Shown here: positions 19,571 through 33,100 of the stretch, in pieces
How the letters are laid out: each line of letters opens with the position of its first letter
Numbering within the stretch: position 1 is the first letter of the stretch
Assembly (NCBI RefSeq): GCF_964204645.1
Contig: NC_134029.1
Location: forward strand, 19,772,950 to 19,836,949
Source: Tubulanus polymorphus
Taxonomy: Eukaryota > Animalia > Nemertea
Length of the DNA: 64,000 nt
Reading direction: 5' to 3'
The notes under the pieces: generated by a model
Database searches by the model: none
Seen by the model: the letters and a program-made list of their open reading frames with translations, nothing else
Told to the model about the DNA's origin: nothing
Made by a program: the position numbers and the translations under genes

Positions 19571-22551
19571 ATGGCGCCAACTATTGTGCCTGTGTTCTTA
19601 GTGATAAGTAATTTCTTATCCTCCATTATGGTAAAGATATGATTGTCCGCCAAATCGCTAGTAATTAATCAATTGATTATGAAATTTTTCAGATTCAGCC
19701 ATGGCTGTGTACGATGTTTGGGGACGGCAACGTACCGCAGTTCGAAATCTGCGAAAGAACGGTGAATTACATGTATGAGCTGATGTCGCGGTGTCAAACT
19801 AAAGAAAACCACACGGCATTGGAAATCAAGGATTTAAACCGAAAAAAGATCGAATACGAAGCCGAAGGTGATGATTCTAGGATGGGGCTTACTGGGGCCC
19901 TTAAGCCCTTGCATACCCCTCGGACAACTGGGTGCAGTTTCATAGTCGAACTTAGACTTGATCATTCTAAGCCCATCTTAGTTCTATGACCAGTCTAACA
20001 ACTTAAGACCAGTCTAGAATTTAGAACAGGTGTCTAGAATTTTGTCTAAATGTCAAAAAAATATTGCTGTAAACTGCGTTAAACTTGAAATTAATTGATT
20101 TCAGCAAAGCGTCTTCACAAAATCATCTCGACCATGGATCTTTCATATTTGTCCGATGTTGATGAACACCTTAAAGTTTTGACGGACGTGGCTGAATCGT
20201 TAAAACTTTCAGATGTATCAGAAACCCAGTAAGTGGCAGAAATACATATTATAATCCCATATTTGTCGGGAAGCCAATTTTATGTATCGATAACTCGTGG
20301 TATCGCGATGAAATGGTCGTTTTAGTTTCATGCTGGGACTGGAAACTTTGAAAATGGAGCTATTCTCGAAGACGCGACTTTTTCGACAACAGCAAAAACT
20401 GTCGCGAAAGATACAAACGGAGATCGAGACCATGCAAAGCAAGTGCACCGCCTTAGAAAAGTAAGAGAAATATCCGCGGAGTCCGTGTTATGTCGGAGGA
20501 ACTGATAAAAATCTTATCGAAATTTCCTTGCCCGAAATAGAATTAAAAGAACGGTTTTGGGTACGGGTCTTATCAATTAACTTAATGTTCTACCGAGGAA
20601 AACAGGATCCAGTTCCACAGTCAGTCAGGAGTTAAGAGATAACTCTGAGATAGAATTAGTTCGTTTTCAATGAGTTAACTCTGAGTTAAATCTTAACTCA
20701 CAACTGTGGAACTGGGTCCAGTATATTTAACTCCCATGTTTGTGGAAGAGTTAAAGTACAAAATTGAAAATGGTATCAAGATGTTTCCAACTTGTAGATT
20801 CATGACAACGACCATGTTTTGTCTACTTTAGTAGCTTTAGGAAGTTACTTATCCAGCAGTTTAATGCGGCATAAACCATGTTTGCCATTTTTGTACCAAA
20901 TTGATAAATCTAAACTTTCCCTAAATCGAAATGTCAAACTTTTTCGAAGATGATGAAGCTTATATAGGCCTTCCTTGGCCGATCTATTTGAGATCAATTA
21001 GAACCACTTTTTCTCAATTACACTGACCCAGAAATTTTACAAACCTGAGTTTTATTACCTTCAAAATTGTTTTTGTATTATAAATACTTCATGTATTTAT
21101 TGTTTGAAATTTTTGTAAATCGAAGTTAAGAAATCCTATGGATCTTTATGGCATACCAACCTGTGACTAAATCACATAATTGCACCTCTTTTGTAGCTTT
21201 TTGTGCTTTGTAGTACAGATAGATACGATCTAATTTGGTTTTGGTATAAAACTGAAACTCTGGATGGCAGGATAGGGAATCTGCAGCCTCTCATTTGTTT
21301 ATTTCGTATTAGGACGTTATTGGACCTGGAACAACAAGCACGGAGGGTCGGACCGAAGCTCAAGAAGAGAACGAAAGAGACGCGAACCATTTCGAGTAAA
21401 TCCGAAGATTATCGAATTGCGATTCAGAATTTTAAGGTCGGTACAATATCACAGGGTGGCCGAGTCTTACTGGCAAAGTCAGGGAATTTTTTATCTTTAA
21501 AAAAAGTTTTTAAGGAAATTTTTAACGAGGTTAAAATCAGGGATAAGTCGGGGAAATTTGTTGAGATAGTTAGATCGAACATATTATCAAACAGTTTCTG
21601 TCTATATCTTGTGTTTGACTGCGTTAATTGATCCAATTCGCAGCAGATCGAATCGGGGAAAACAGATGCATGTCAGGGAATGGGCGGGGTGAAAGAAGCA
21701 AGTCCAAAAACAGTGGCCAGTATATGTAGTATTATTGTCGCTTAAAATTGAATTAGTAAAGAAGCTTGTATTAAATTTTCTTGGCAACAGGAGGAAATGA
21801 ATGCTCCCTACACCGACCACGGTACACTTGTAGAGAAATCAAAGGTAAATACCTAAAATGCAGCCTCAATTTACAGATTCTCGAACTGAAACTTCTGAAC
21901 GACAGTTGCCTCGATTTTACGTTTTCAGATGTTGTCCAGTCTCGAAGAAAAGTTGGCACCGTTAAACAAACAATTAGATAGTTATTGCTCTTTACCTCCT
22001 GTAAGTTGAATATTTATCCTGTCCACTGCATACCTATTTTCGAGTGAATTATCACTACTGCTTGACTTGTATGTCTATGTTATGTTCTAGGATATGTCAA
22101 GTGCTAAAGTGAAAATAGAAGAACTGAAACGTGATATAGTAAGTTTGTTATTATTCAGCCTCTCGTAAACAATTCATGAATTTCACTATGTCATTTCACT
22201 ACGTAAGACTGGATTGCAGTCCATTCATAGCGATATGCATGGTCGCGTTTATGGGTCTCAAATTTATGACTGTTGGTGTATGATTCCTTGGATTTTAAGA
22301 AGTATAGAATGCAAATTTAAAGAATTTGTTGATCCACTAACGAATGTACTAAGCCCTTAATACACGATTTAATAAACACCATTCGATTCCTTCTACCTCC
22401 ATGTTTGCATGTACATCTAAATGTTTTTGTCAAATTATTTCTTGGAAATTTGAAAAATGAAAAAAATTCTCGTACAATGTTTTCATTTCAGGAATCTGTG
22501 GAAAGTGCGCTCAGTGACGCGATAGATCAAATGCACATTGGAAGCCAATAA
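19571..22551 (+). CDS. HAUS1: HAUS augmin-like complex subunit 1 (exons ~19571-19630, 19693-19867, 20105-20228, 20326-20460, 21313-21436, 21791-21844, 21929-22000, 22091-22138, 22492-22551)
   Basis: Phase-consistent splicing gives IQPWLCTMFGDGNVPQFEI...KIEYEAEAKRL...KSEDYRIAI...DHGTLV...PLNKQLDSYCSLPPDMSSAKVKIEELKRDI...*, collinear with recalled HAUS1 (WLKKIFGDHPIPQYEV; PLKKKLESYLDLMP..AQVKIEE). First exon and start codon uncertain (19571 or 19628). Confidence 0.88.
20606..20720. mobile_element. Small palindromic MITE
   Basis: ggatccagttccacag...ctgtggaactgggtcc; second copy at ~50054-50163. Confidence 0.7.
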
Positions 22552-24724
22552 TCAATAATTCACTTACTCATTTATCTATTCATCCTTGTATATTTCGTAA
22601 GATACCGAATGAAAAAGCATAAACAATTCTACATAAAGTTAAGACGGAATTAAGCTTTGGTGAACTTTTTCTTGATAGGGATGACGAAATCTGGATTCAT
22701 TTTGAATATCATTTTATCTTCTCCATATTTATTTTCGATTTGTTATGTATTTGGAGAGCAATCGCGGGAGTGTTTGAAAGCAACTTCGCGCTCTATTTAT
22801 GATTATTATTTGTCTCAGCCCCCAGACCAAAGATATCGAATTCATCGGAGGCAGAGAGAGTTCAAGTACTAGCTATTCCTGTTTGCCTTTTGGTGTGTTG
22901 TGGTTGTGAGCATTTGACTGCATTACTTGTTGCTTTGTCATTATCTTGCCGCCCTTATCAGCTATATCAATCTGCATCCCGGAACCACCCTATTGTAGCG
23001 CATTTCAACAATTAATGTTTGAGGGTGTAATGATGAAATAATTAACATCTGGTATTTGTAGCGCATTAGTCCATTACAATTCAAAATGTTTCAGATGCAA
23101 TTCTGAATACAAGGTTAAGCCTAATTGATCCCAAATTCGAATGGCAATTACGTATCAAATATCCTGAGGAAGGTGCGGGTCCAAGCTGTCAATCGATACC
23201 AGAAGAAAACTGTCCGACAAGATTACTGAAAATAGAAAACTCAAGCCGTATACTGCAGTGAAGAAAGAATTTATTTTTTAAGAGACACTTTTGAATCCGA
23301 CAAAAAAAGCACCAGCATGAAAATGCTAATATAACAATCATCATCCCTTGATTTTTGTGACAACCACGTGATTTACTAACAAGTGTGAACTGAACAGTGA
23401 ATTGATTTAGGAGCGAAATTTCTTTACAATTCTAACCCCCTCCCGAGGCCAAAAATTACTATCTTTATCGACTTCGCCTTCGTGTGTTCAGATTATAGCT
23501 TGAATGTCCTTAAAAAAAAAAACACGACGCAATGGAAAACTGATTTCGCGTATGATAACGATTCACGCGTATGAATAGACATTCATAAAGAACTATAATA
23601 TCGAAGGAAAACTAATCTGAGGAGTGATTACCCGTGGATTCGGCTTAATTCGACGAACTTTAGAATAAGTACACGTAATTACATTTCTTAGAATAATAGC
23701 GTTCGCCCGGTCCGGTCGTACCGACTGATTACGCTTTTCGAAACGACTAACGCGCCATAAAAACGACGACGGTAGGTGAATCGATATCCGATAAAATATA
23801 TAATTTACAGGTGTGATAGCCGAAGAACACGCTACGACGCCCGCCGCCGCGTATTGTCGTCGTTGAACTAAATAAATGCCCGAAGGCTTTCGGGATGATC
23901 GATATATCGGCGTTACGATATATACACATGTACTGCATAGCGAAATAACAACCACACCTACCGACGTACGACCAATATATAAGTTTTCGAAAAAACCGTT
24001 CGATAATGTAATACTAAATTCGGCGCACAGAAATTCGACGTTTGCATAGTTCGTACATGTTAAAATTGTATGTTAAAACGTGCAGGGTCCGATCTAAGCA
24101 CTTGTCCGATTGCCCGGGACAAGTATATTCTCATTAGGGCAAGTAGGTTATCATTATCACTCGTCCACCGGGCTAGTGCATTTTTATGTCTCAAAGCTTT
24201 TTTCCCAATCGATACAGCAGTTGGACTGAGTGTAGGGCAAGTAGATTTTTGATGGGGCAAGTAAAATTTCGGATATGCTTGTTACCAAGCGAGTAGCTTT
24301 TATTCCTTAGATCGGACCTGACATCGCGAAGGAAAGGAATTCGAACGCTAGCGGCGTCGTTGACGAACAATGACCGTCTTATCGATAATAACACAGAGCT
24401 GCCAACTGTCGCTGATTTTCAGTCTATTTGTTACTATTTTACAACGAGAAATATGTAAGATGTTACTGAGGGTCTTACTGTTGATAACTGATTAATTTGA
24501 TTTTTCATTTTCTTTCATATTTCAATGAAAGGTTACTGAAAAAGATTCAATTCGTTACCGATAGCACTTTTCAGAGGTTGGCAGCCCTGATCACACGGGT
24601 GTAAACCGTCGAATTTTGAATAGAATCGGAGCATTATCAACAACGCGTCTTAACGAAAATGTCTAACATTCGCTATTCGCGATCACGAAGCCGAAAAATT
24701 TAAAATATCGCGACATAAGAAATT

Positions 24725-24940
24725 TAAACCTCGTTTCTCATTTCTGCTGTGCTTAAAAGTTGACCCGGCCGGCTGCCTATCTGCCCTGTACATAACTTTT
24801 CTTAAATCACGACCAAGCGAACCATGTTACAGTCCAGACACCTATAGTAATGAACTGATTACAAATTATGTTGTAGTTCACGAAAGTGACCCGGCTGATA
24901 AAGAGAGAAACAAGGTATCATTTTCTTTTAGCCTTAAAAA
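24725..24940 (+). repeat. Interspersed ~200-bp repeat family
   Basis: tgacccggccgg...tgcctatct...aatgaactgattacaaatt...ttttagcct; copies at ~9915-10120, ~52805-52950 (-), ~61610-61865. Confidence 0.7.
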
Positions 24941-27900
24941 TCGAATGTGGATTAAAAAACAAACTTTAATATGTTGTATTTCTGGTCATTCCTTGATAAT
25001 GGCTTTTCGAGAAAAACCAAAAATTCTGATACTTGAAAAAAAGATTTCAACTTTGCAACATTTTAAGATTTTTCAGCTTCGTGATTGTGGGACTTACCTA
25101 TAACTCTTTATTCGCGACACATCGCTCAGTTAAACCTCGTCGAGCTTTTCACCGCAAAGCCCTTTCCAGTCGCAAGACTTATAAAACGTACGCTCATAAA
25201 AAAATAAGAATCTAACGACTCTGTCAATCTTCGAACAACAATCTATAGCACGCCAACCAAGTCGCATCGGAGCTAGATAGGGCCGAGATAGAGGCCGGAT
25301 ACCGAGAGTAACGATCATACGTACAAATCATGCAGTTATATGCGTAAAAAATTTCAACGAGAAGCTCAAATAAAACCGCTTCGAATCCAATAATACATTT
25401 AAATTCACTTGTAAAAAATATAGTTCGCGAATCGCGGAAAAATTTTCTTTACGATATACTTTTGAGAAACCAATTGCGAGATGGAATTCAATTGAATTTG
25501 TGTTTTTTTTTTTTAATATTATAATACCACACTGTGAAAATGCTGTGAATTGGCACCATCGACTTGTCAATACTTTTGAAAACAGACATCGACTAGCTAC
25601 TACACCGAAAAATAGGGCCTCGTTTTTGCGATGAAAAATTCATGGCAACATCAATACAGTAGAGACTCCTCTCTCGACTAGGCAAGAGTGCTCGTGTCGG
25701 GAACATAGTGAAACTACAATAATCGAGTTTTTCAGGATGGAGAGAACTCTCGAAATTAGTACTCTGTAAAAACTGCTTGAAGCTTAATCAAATATGATTG
25801 CGTAATCCCGTTTGTAAGTACAATTAACCTTGCGATCATTTGGGACCGACAAAAATCTTCCGACTTCGAATAAGTCAGATTTATAGCCTTTTTTCGAAAA
25901 TGAATATCTGAAAAAGATCAAATCAATATCTATGACAAATGATTTAAAAGCAAATATTTCAGGGTTATTTTTCTATTCTAATACACTGACCAAAACTAAA
26001 ATAACGATATAGTGTATCGTCGATATCAAGCCAGGAACAGAGGTCGGAACTGGGAACAAATCAAACTTCAATGGGAAGAAAATTGCCCTCTGGCTTTCGG
26101 CCTGTGATTTTAACTGATTTTCTTCTAATTTTGGGACCAAGAAAAGAAGTGCCACATGAGGAGATGAGTTTCCGACTTTGGAATGGAAATTTCTTTAAAA
26201 AAGATAAGGAAAAATCAGGACCATCGATATTCATCCGACTTTTGCCGATCCGACTGACGCAAGGTTTACTGTAATATCAATTGATAATCAATATTCTACA
26301 TATGTTTAAGTACACGCAGTTGAGTCTGTACGGGTAAAATCCAAATCAGACTTTGCACATCATCATCATAATCCACGGACTCATAAACGTGATTTGGAGA
26401 AAAAAACTTAGTCCTATGCGTTAAGCATCATACGCACAACCGAAAACAGAATTTCTGATACAACAGATAAATGCTAAAATAAAATATCTATGGCCTTTTG
26501 TGTAACAATCACAAAATCTACATGACAAAGACTGAAAAAAAATAAAACAGCTAAATATGAAAAATGTCGCAGTAACAAGTGATATGTTTTTCGTTTAACG
26601 GTAAATAGTCATAAAAAAACGCAATCGAAAACTCTTAAACCTTACACAACGCCAAATCCACAAAAAAACACCAGTCAAGTTTGCAGAAATAAACAACAAC
26701 ATAACGTTACGTGGATACGTACGATAAAATCTCAAACAAAAAATCTCTGATAGAAAAAAAAAAATGAAAACTAAACAATATTCTGCACCACGAATTATGC
26801 AAACTTTAGACTAAAAATACAATCAAAATATACGTAACATAGATTAGAAATCAGGTCAATCATCAATATGGACATCAATAACAATAAGAATGTACATCAA
26901 TAACAATTAAAAAACGTAAATGTGACTTGCTATGTAAATGCAAATCTAGTCTTATCGACTGATTTGATGCTCCTCAAAGCTTGCATACAGGAAAGTTCAA
27001 CACCGTCCATTCGACTCTTTTTCAACTTTTTTTTTTACAGCAAATTTGCCAGATTCAGCGCAAATTTAACGTTTGAAACGACGTCATGTTTTTCTTGGTC
27101 CCAACAGAGACGTAAATAAATGACATTTGCTGTATGTGAAAAAATGCAGCTAAGTATGGTATTTTTTGCTGTATGTGAAAAAAATGCAGCTAAGTACGGT
27201 ATTTTTGTGTTCATGAACTGAACTGCAAATTCAACCTGGTCATAGACAGAAAAATTTATGTAGGTATCAGTCTGCTGCCTCAACCAACGAGCCCACTCGG
27301 ATATTTTATACTTTATTACCGAGCAATCCGTGAAAATGCTCTCCCGCCAAATTTGGATCGGTGAAATGATGGAACAGACATCATCCCGGACATTTTTTTT
27401 TGAAAATGAAAACGATCTAATGGACTAAAAAACACCAGATATCAGTAATTTAATGACTACCGGTACATTTCCAAAACGGGCGACACACTTCTAAGGCCAA
27501 TAGTTCGAGGCTGACCTCTGATACCTGCATTGGACTCGTCATTTTAGAGTCCATGGTTTGATTCGCAATCAGAGGCGGATCCAGGAATTTCGTTAGAGGG
27601 CTCACGCTTATTGAAACGGTCAAAAACGTTTAGAATTCAGCTTTCTGAGACGCATTGTGAGGTCGATGAGAGGCTGTAATCGGCTGAAGTTTCTACCGTC
27701 GGTCCCTAGGCTTATACAATAAGTACATTCTATACACCTCTCACCCTGGAAAGGTAGATCCCGATTTTTTCTGAAGGGTTCGCCGGCAACTACCGAAACC
27801 CCCTGGATCCGCCCTTGTATTATGATATGCTACAGTCAAACCCGCTTAATCGGGATCGGCTTAATCCGGATTTTGGTCCAATCCAGACAATATCTTCGCC

Positions 27901-30101
27901 CATTTGTTCATAACCGGTAATATACAAGAAAACGACTTCTAATCCAGATTTCCCGTAAACCGGATGAACTTGTTGGTCCCGAATGATCCGAATTAAGCGA
28001 GTTCTACCGCGCTAATAATAATACGGAGGGAATATCGCGCGTTAAAACATAATTCACCATAAGTATCATCGAAAATACCGTATAGGTAAGTAGTATCGAA
28101 TAATAACATCATATACCGGTTCTAACAGGAGTGATGCAAATCGATAGTTTCAGAGAGAGAGAGAGCGACCCCACCCATATTGCATATTCATCATACCACA
28201 GATAACTAGCACCTACGCGATAACACAGTTTTTCCACGAAACGAGAACGCGTCGAAGTAAATCCTTCTCGAGATTGTTTTCGCGCGCTATAAATCGCACG
28301 GCCGCGAACAAACGCTTCGGTTAAAAGACTATTTTCGGCGTCGCAATTACCGATTTAAGCGTTCGATGAAGTTTTGATGAAGTTTCGCCTTCTTTTTTTT
28401 TCTAATTTTCTATTTGATTACGAAACAAGCTAAACAGATGAGGAATTCAGCTGGCAGTCGATGCGATACACGCCGACTGGCAATGACGGATATTTGTTAG
28501 CGTAATAAAAATAACACGAAGGATCGATTAACAATTAGATTCGAAGCCAAAAATTCATTAAGACTTTCGTTCGTAAATTCTTCGGTAACTCGGTAAATTC
28601 CTCGGAAGATAACTCGTGCGAGATGTCTAAAAAGAGGAAAATTCATTTCACGGGCAATCCGAAGATTTTAATGAATCGGCCAGAAAGTCTCGATAACGTA
28701 ACGAGGGATATGTGAAAAATGCCACGTTAAAACGAAAATGATTTCTAAAGTTATCTATCATGAAACTGCGTATGTACACGAGGTTCCGTCACAGGGTCCC
28801 TACAGACTATGAGCAATTAGCTAAATAAGATTTTTAGGTTTAGATAATTGCTCGTAGCTACAGATCAGTCATTGCAGAACTCAAGGAGTTATCAACGAGA
28901 AAATTTCAAATTTCGAGGAGTGTCAGCATCACTTTCATATCCCAATTACTGTAGACTCCGCCTAAATCAGTACGGTTTTATCTCGGTAAACCATTTAATT
29001 CGGTGGAATCTGTTTGTATAATAACTAGGCCTAAAACCAAAAATTTTCTGATTGCCAATTTCTCAAAATTAAAGGAGCTTTCAAGGACTTTTGGGCCGTT
29101 TGCTCCAATTCAAGGATATCCAAGGACCTTGAAAAACATTTTTGGTTTAGAAGGAGTTTTCTAGGAATCAAGGAGTCGCAGGGACCCTACAGCAGACGAT
29201 GGCAAAAGCGCGAACGTCACAGTTTCACCTTAATAGGCTGTTGAAATCGGTTTTGTTTTTTTTCTTTTCTAATTTGGCGCGTGGGATTTTCCCACATGCC
29301 GATGTTTACTCGACTTTCATTCATTTTTGACGATACAAGTCTTCATGAATTTCTGATTTAACCCTTTTGGTGCCGGGACAAATTCTCGGTCGTTCGTCAT
29401 TTTAGTGCCAGGAGATTCGGACATTCTATTATCGATGTATGAGTGTTAAGTGAGAATTAGACAAAGCTACACTTCATTAATACGTGAATTGTTTACGCAT
29501 TATCGAAAATATCGCCGTAAAATCCTCGGAAGTTATGGCAGCGCCCACGGGCCTCTCGAGAACCATTTTCGACGAACCACCCGGCACTAAAAGGTTAAAC
29601 GGCGGACATACTATAGCAGCGATCACACAGAGACGATTTGGCCCGGATCAGACCCAGAATCAAATTTGGCCCGAGCCTAATAAGAGAGCGCGTAAACCAC
29701 TGACTCAGGCCGGTGGATTTGACTATATTCCTCAAAATTGTTGCTCAATTATCTGCCGGTGATGAAGCTCGTTAAAGGGGGTTAGGGGTTCCCCCGCAAG
29801 AAAAATTTGAAAAATGGCTCATTTTCCTAGACTCGTTAGAATAAGTACCGGTACTTCTAGAAAATAAATTATTCACATTTTTCTCACTATATTACAGGGA
29901 ATATAGCTTGGATCCGCCCCTGCTCACTCGATACTTAACAATGCTCAAACAAAGTCAAGTGAGTAACTTTCGGAGCCAGCTGCTATTCGCATGCAATGAT
30001 TTGACCCGCGCTAAAATTTTGCTCGGGCCTGGTCCGATGATTTTTGTTCGGGGCCAAAACGACCGCACGATCTCGCGTATTACGACTAACAAACACCGAC
30101 A

Positions 30102-33100
30102 TTATTCGCATCGCTCGATCAGTTTATATGCCACCTCCGATTTGATTTTCTGCGAAACGAAACCGATCCGACTGGCGCCGGTGACGAACACAATACTGCA
30201 ACCGAGGCGGTTCAACTCGTCGAGATAATAATCGCGATCGACCGCGTCGCCGTCGTCGTCGTCGTCCTGTAGGTGGCGTTGTTTATCGCAGTCGGAATCG
30301 TCGACGATCAGCAACACGTTGTCCTGTTGCAGGTACTGCTCGACGAACGTTCGCAGCACGTTGTCGTTGGAGACGACGCGGTCGCAGTTCGTCAACTTCG
30401 ACACGACGCAGTCGGCGATGGTCGCGTTCGCGGCGACGATGTCATTCGTGCGCACGACGAACGCGAGCGTGAAGTCCGACGCAAAGCGCTGGCAGTGGTC
30501 GGTGTCGTCGTACTCGAACGCGTGGTTCAACAGGCCGCCGTTGCTGACGCGCGTCATACCGCACACCCACTGGTGCAGCAGGAAGTGCGTGAACACCTTG
30601 GCGAACAGGTCGCACTCACTGCGCACGGCTATGCGGCCGCTTCGACCGACGCCGTGGAAAACGTCCTCGGGACACACTTCCCTCGACCTGAAATACGATT
30701 AGAAAACAAAATCACGGATTGAGATTTCGGAAAAATGAAAAGAAATTTAACATAAAATTGGCGTTTGTGATTAATTCTTCAATACCGGTTATTTTCTAGC
30801 TTTAACGGGGGTTTACAGCAGACCCCACTAAATTTTGCTCATCAGAGGCCAGTTGCCTAGTCGTCGCTTATACTTAAGACCCATCTAAGACCAACTTAGT
30901 TATATAGCCAAATAACAACTTAAGACCGGTCTTAAGATTCAAGGCTAGTGATAGTGCAACTGGGCCCTGAGACTGATGGAATTAATCTGGTTAATGAAAA
31001 ATCCGGATTAATAAACGTACATCATATTTAAAGCATAACTCAGGTCGACTAAGATCCGATCTGATAGTCAGATCATAAGCGGTCAAGTCTGCGATCTTTT
31101 AGTCGGGAACCTATTCGACATGAGTTTACTTACGACCGCGACGGATTCATCGCACACCGATCATAAGCCGGATCGTAATCACCTTAACATTGTAATCGAT
31201 CTTAAAGATCTTAAGTCAAGAAAGGTTTATTGCATTATTGAAATGATAAGAATTAGCAATGGACATAAACAAACAAGCTGATTAATTCATTGCTAGAAAC
31301 ACTGACTTAAATCAGTACCAAAAATTAAGGTATGCCTTTATAATCGTTGTAAGTTTATTAATTGACAATAACTAACACATCATTCATAATAAAAGTGAAC
31401 AGCTTTTTAATAAATCAAATTGGTCGATTTGAGATGGACGGATTAAGTGATTGCTGACATGTAGCAGGGTTGATTTAACAAGAACATTTTTTGAGATACA
31501 TAATGCCTTTTTCAATTACTTGGAGTATAGAGTTTGCGAAGAAATAATGGGAGGGTGAAGTGAAAAAATTAATAAAAGAAAAAAAAATGTTCTTAGTAAC
31601 ATAAAAAATTTGATGATTTAAAAAAATTGATTTATTTTTATTCAAAAATTGTGAGGAAGACACAAAAGGAGGCCTAAATTTTCTTTTTTGATTGGTTTTT
31701 TTGTTGCAGAATTTAGGGAGGCGGATCCATACTCCAAGTTATTAAATAAAAGCCACAAAATAATCAGTGAAAACACAAACGCTCTAAAAACTTCTATGAG
31801 AAGATTTCAAACAAAAAATTCAAAACTTTCATATAACATAAACTGATGAAAAATCTAAAAGGAAAAAGCAAGCAGCGAACAGTGAACGAACTAAGTAACT
31901 ACACCAAGCGTATGTACAAATAATTCTTACTGGACCACTAGTTGACTGCCACCAATTCTCTGCGAAGGGCCGAGAATTGTTAGGATGCGAACTAACGACA
32001 TTGGTTTTCGCATGAGCAAGTCCTCGAACGAATCGACGCGAGCCATCACAGTTAAACTGCGTATCGACGACTCGAATTGCTGGAGAAGTTTGTTCCGTAC
32101 GTGAACCAGGGCTCCTTCAAACAGAAGATCATAAGAAAATGCTAATCCGATTACGTATCTATAGGAAGGTGACGTTGTTGTCGGACTAAGCGCCGGGATT
32201 TCAGGGCCCGCGGTTTCACGAGCGGGGATTGAGCCCCTTATTCGGGTTATTGGCTCATTCGAATTAAGACTTTAAGGTTAATTTTTGATGGGCATTAATT
32301 TCAATTCGGATTAATAACCCGAAAATCTAATCCTACCACGGAGCAGGGTTAAATCGGCTTATTCGTATTAGTTACTACGAAAATGAGACTCGAATGCAAA
32401 CAACATGACAAGCCTTTTAGAATTAAGCCAAGGATTAAGCCAATTTAATTCGAGTTATCCCCTAATTCGAATTATAAGTTAACCCGCGTATTCATGAAAC
32501 CGGGCCCAGCGGTGCTACGTTGTTACATCACTCGCGCTAAGGATGCACTACGTGTGAAATGAAGGAATTCAACTCAAAATAGATGGACCTACCCGAATTG
32601 GTCGATTACCTAACCATCGCGGTATAACGGGGAACCCGCAACACCAGCTATCCCACTAGATGGCGTGACAAGCAGTAGGTCATCCGTTGTCGAAACAAGT
32701 TCATATTTAGTGAACTTTAAACTGGATTTTTCGATTCCCTAATCCAAATAGGCCTATTATCACAGCACCGACCAAATAAACAATACTTTCATTCGTCTAC
32801 TCGGATATTGGTATAGTTTTTCATGAATAATCGATTCATTTAGGAGAAAAATTCATTCGGATTTAATTGAAATCTAGAAGAAATCGAGTGCGGACGACCA
32901 ACTATCATCTACTAGTAACTTCTTGCAGATACTCGTTCGCCGTATGTTGAATCCTCAATACCACAGTAGCGCTGCGGGTAACCCATTAGCCCATGTATAT
33001 AACAAGCTCTACAGGACTAAAAAACGTCGGTATGTAGGCCTAACGGTACGTAAAAAATAGTTGGTTACTCAGGAATGCGTGCATACTCTATGAATGACTC

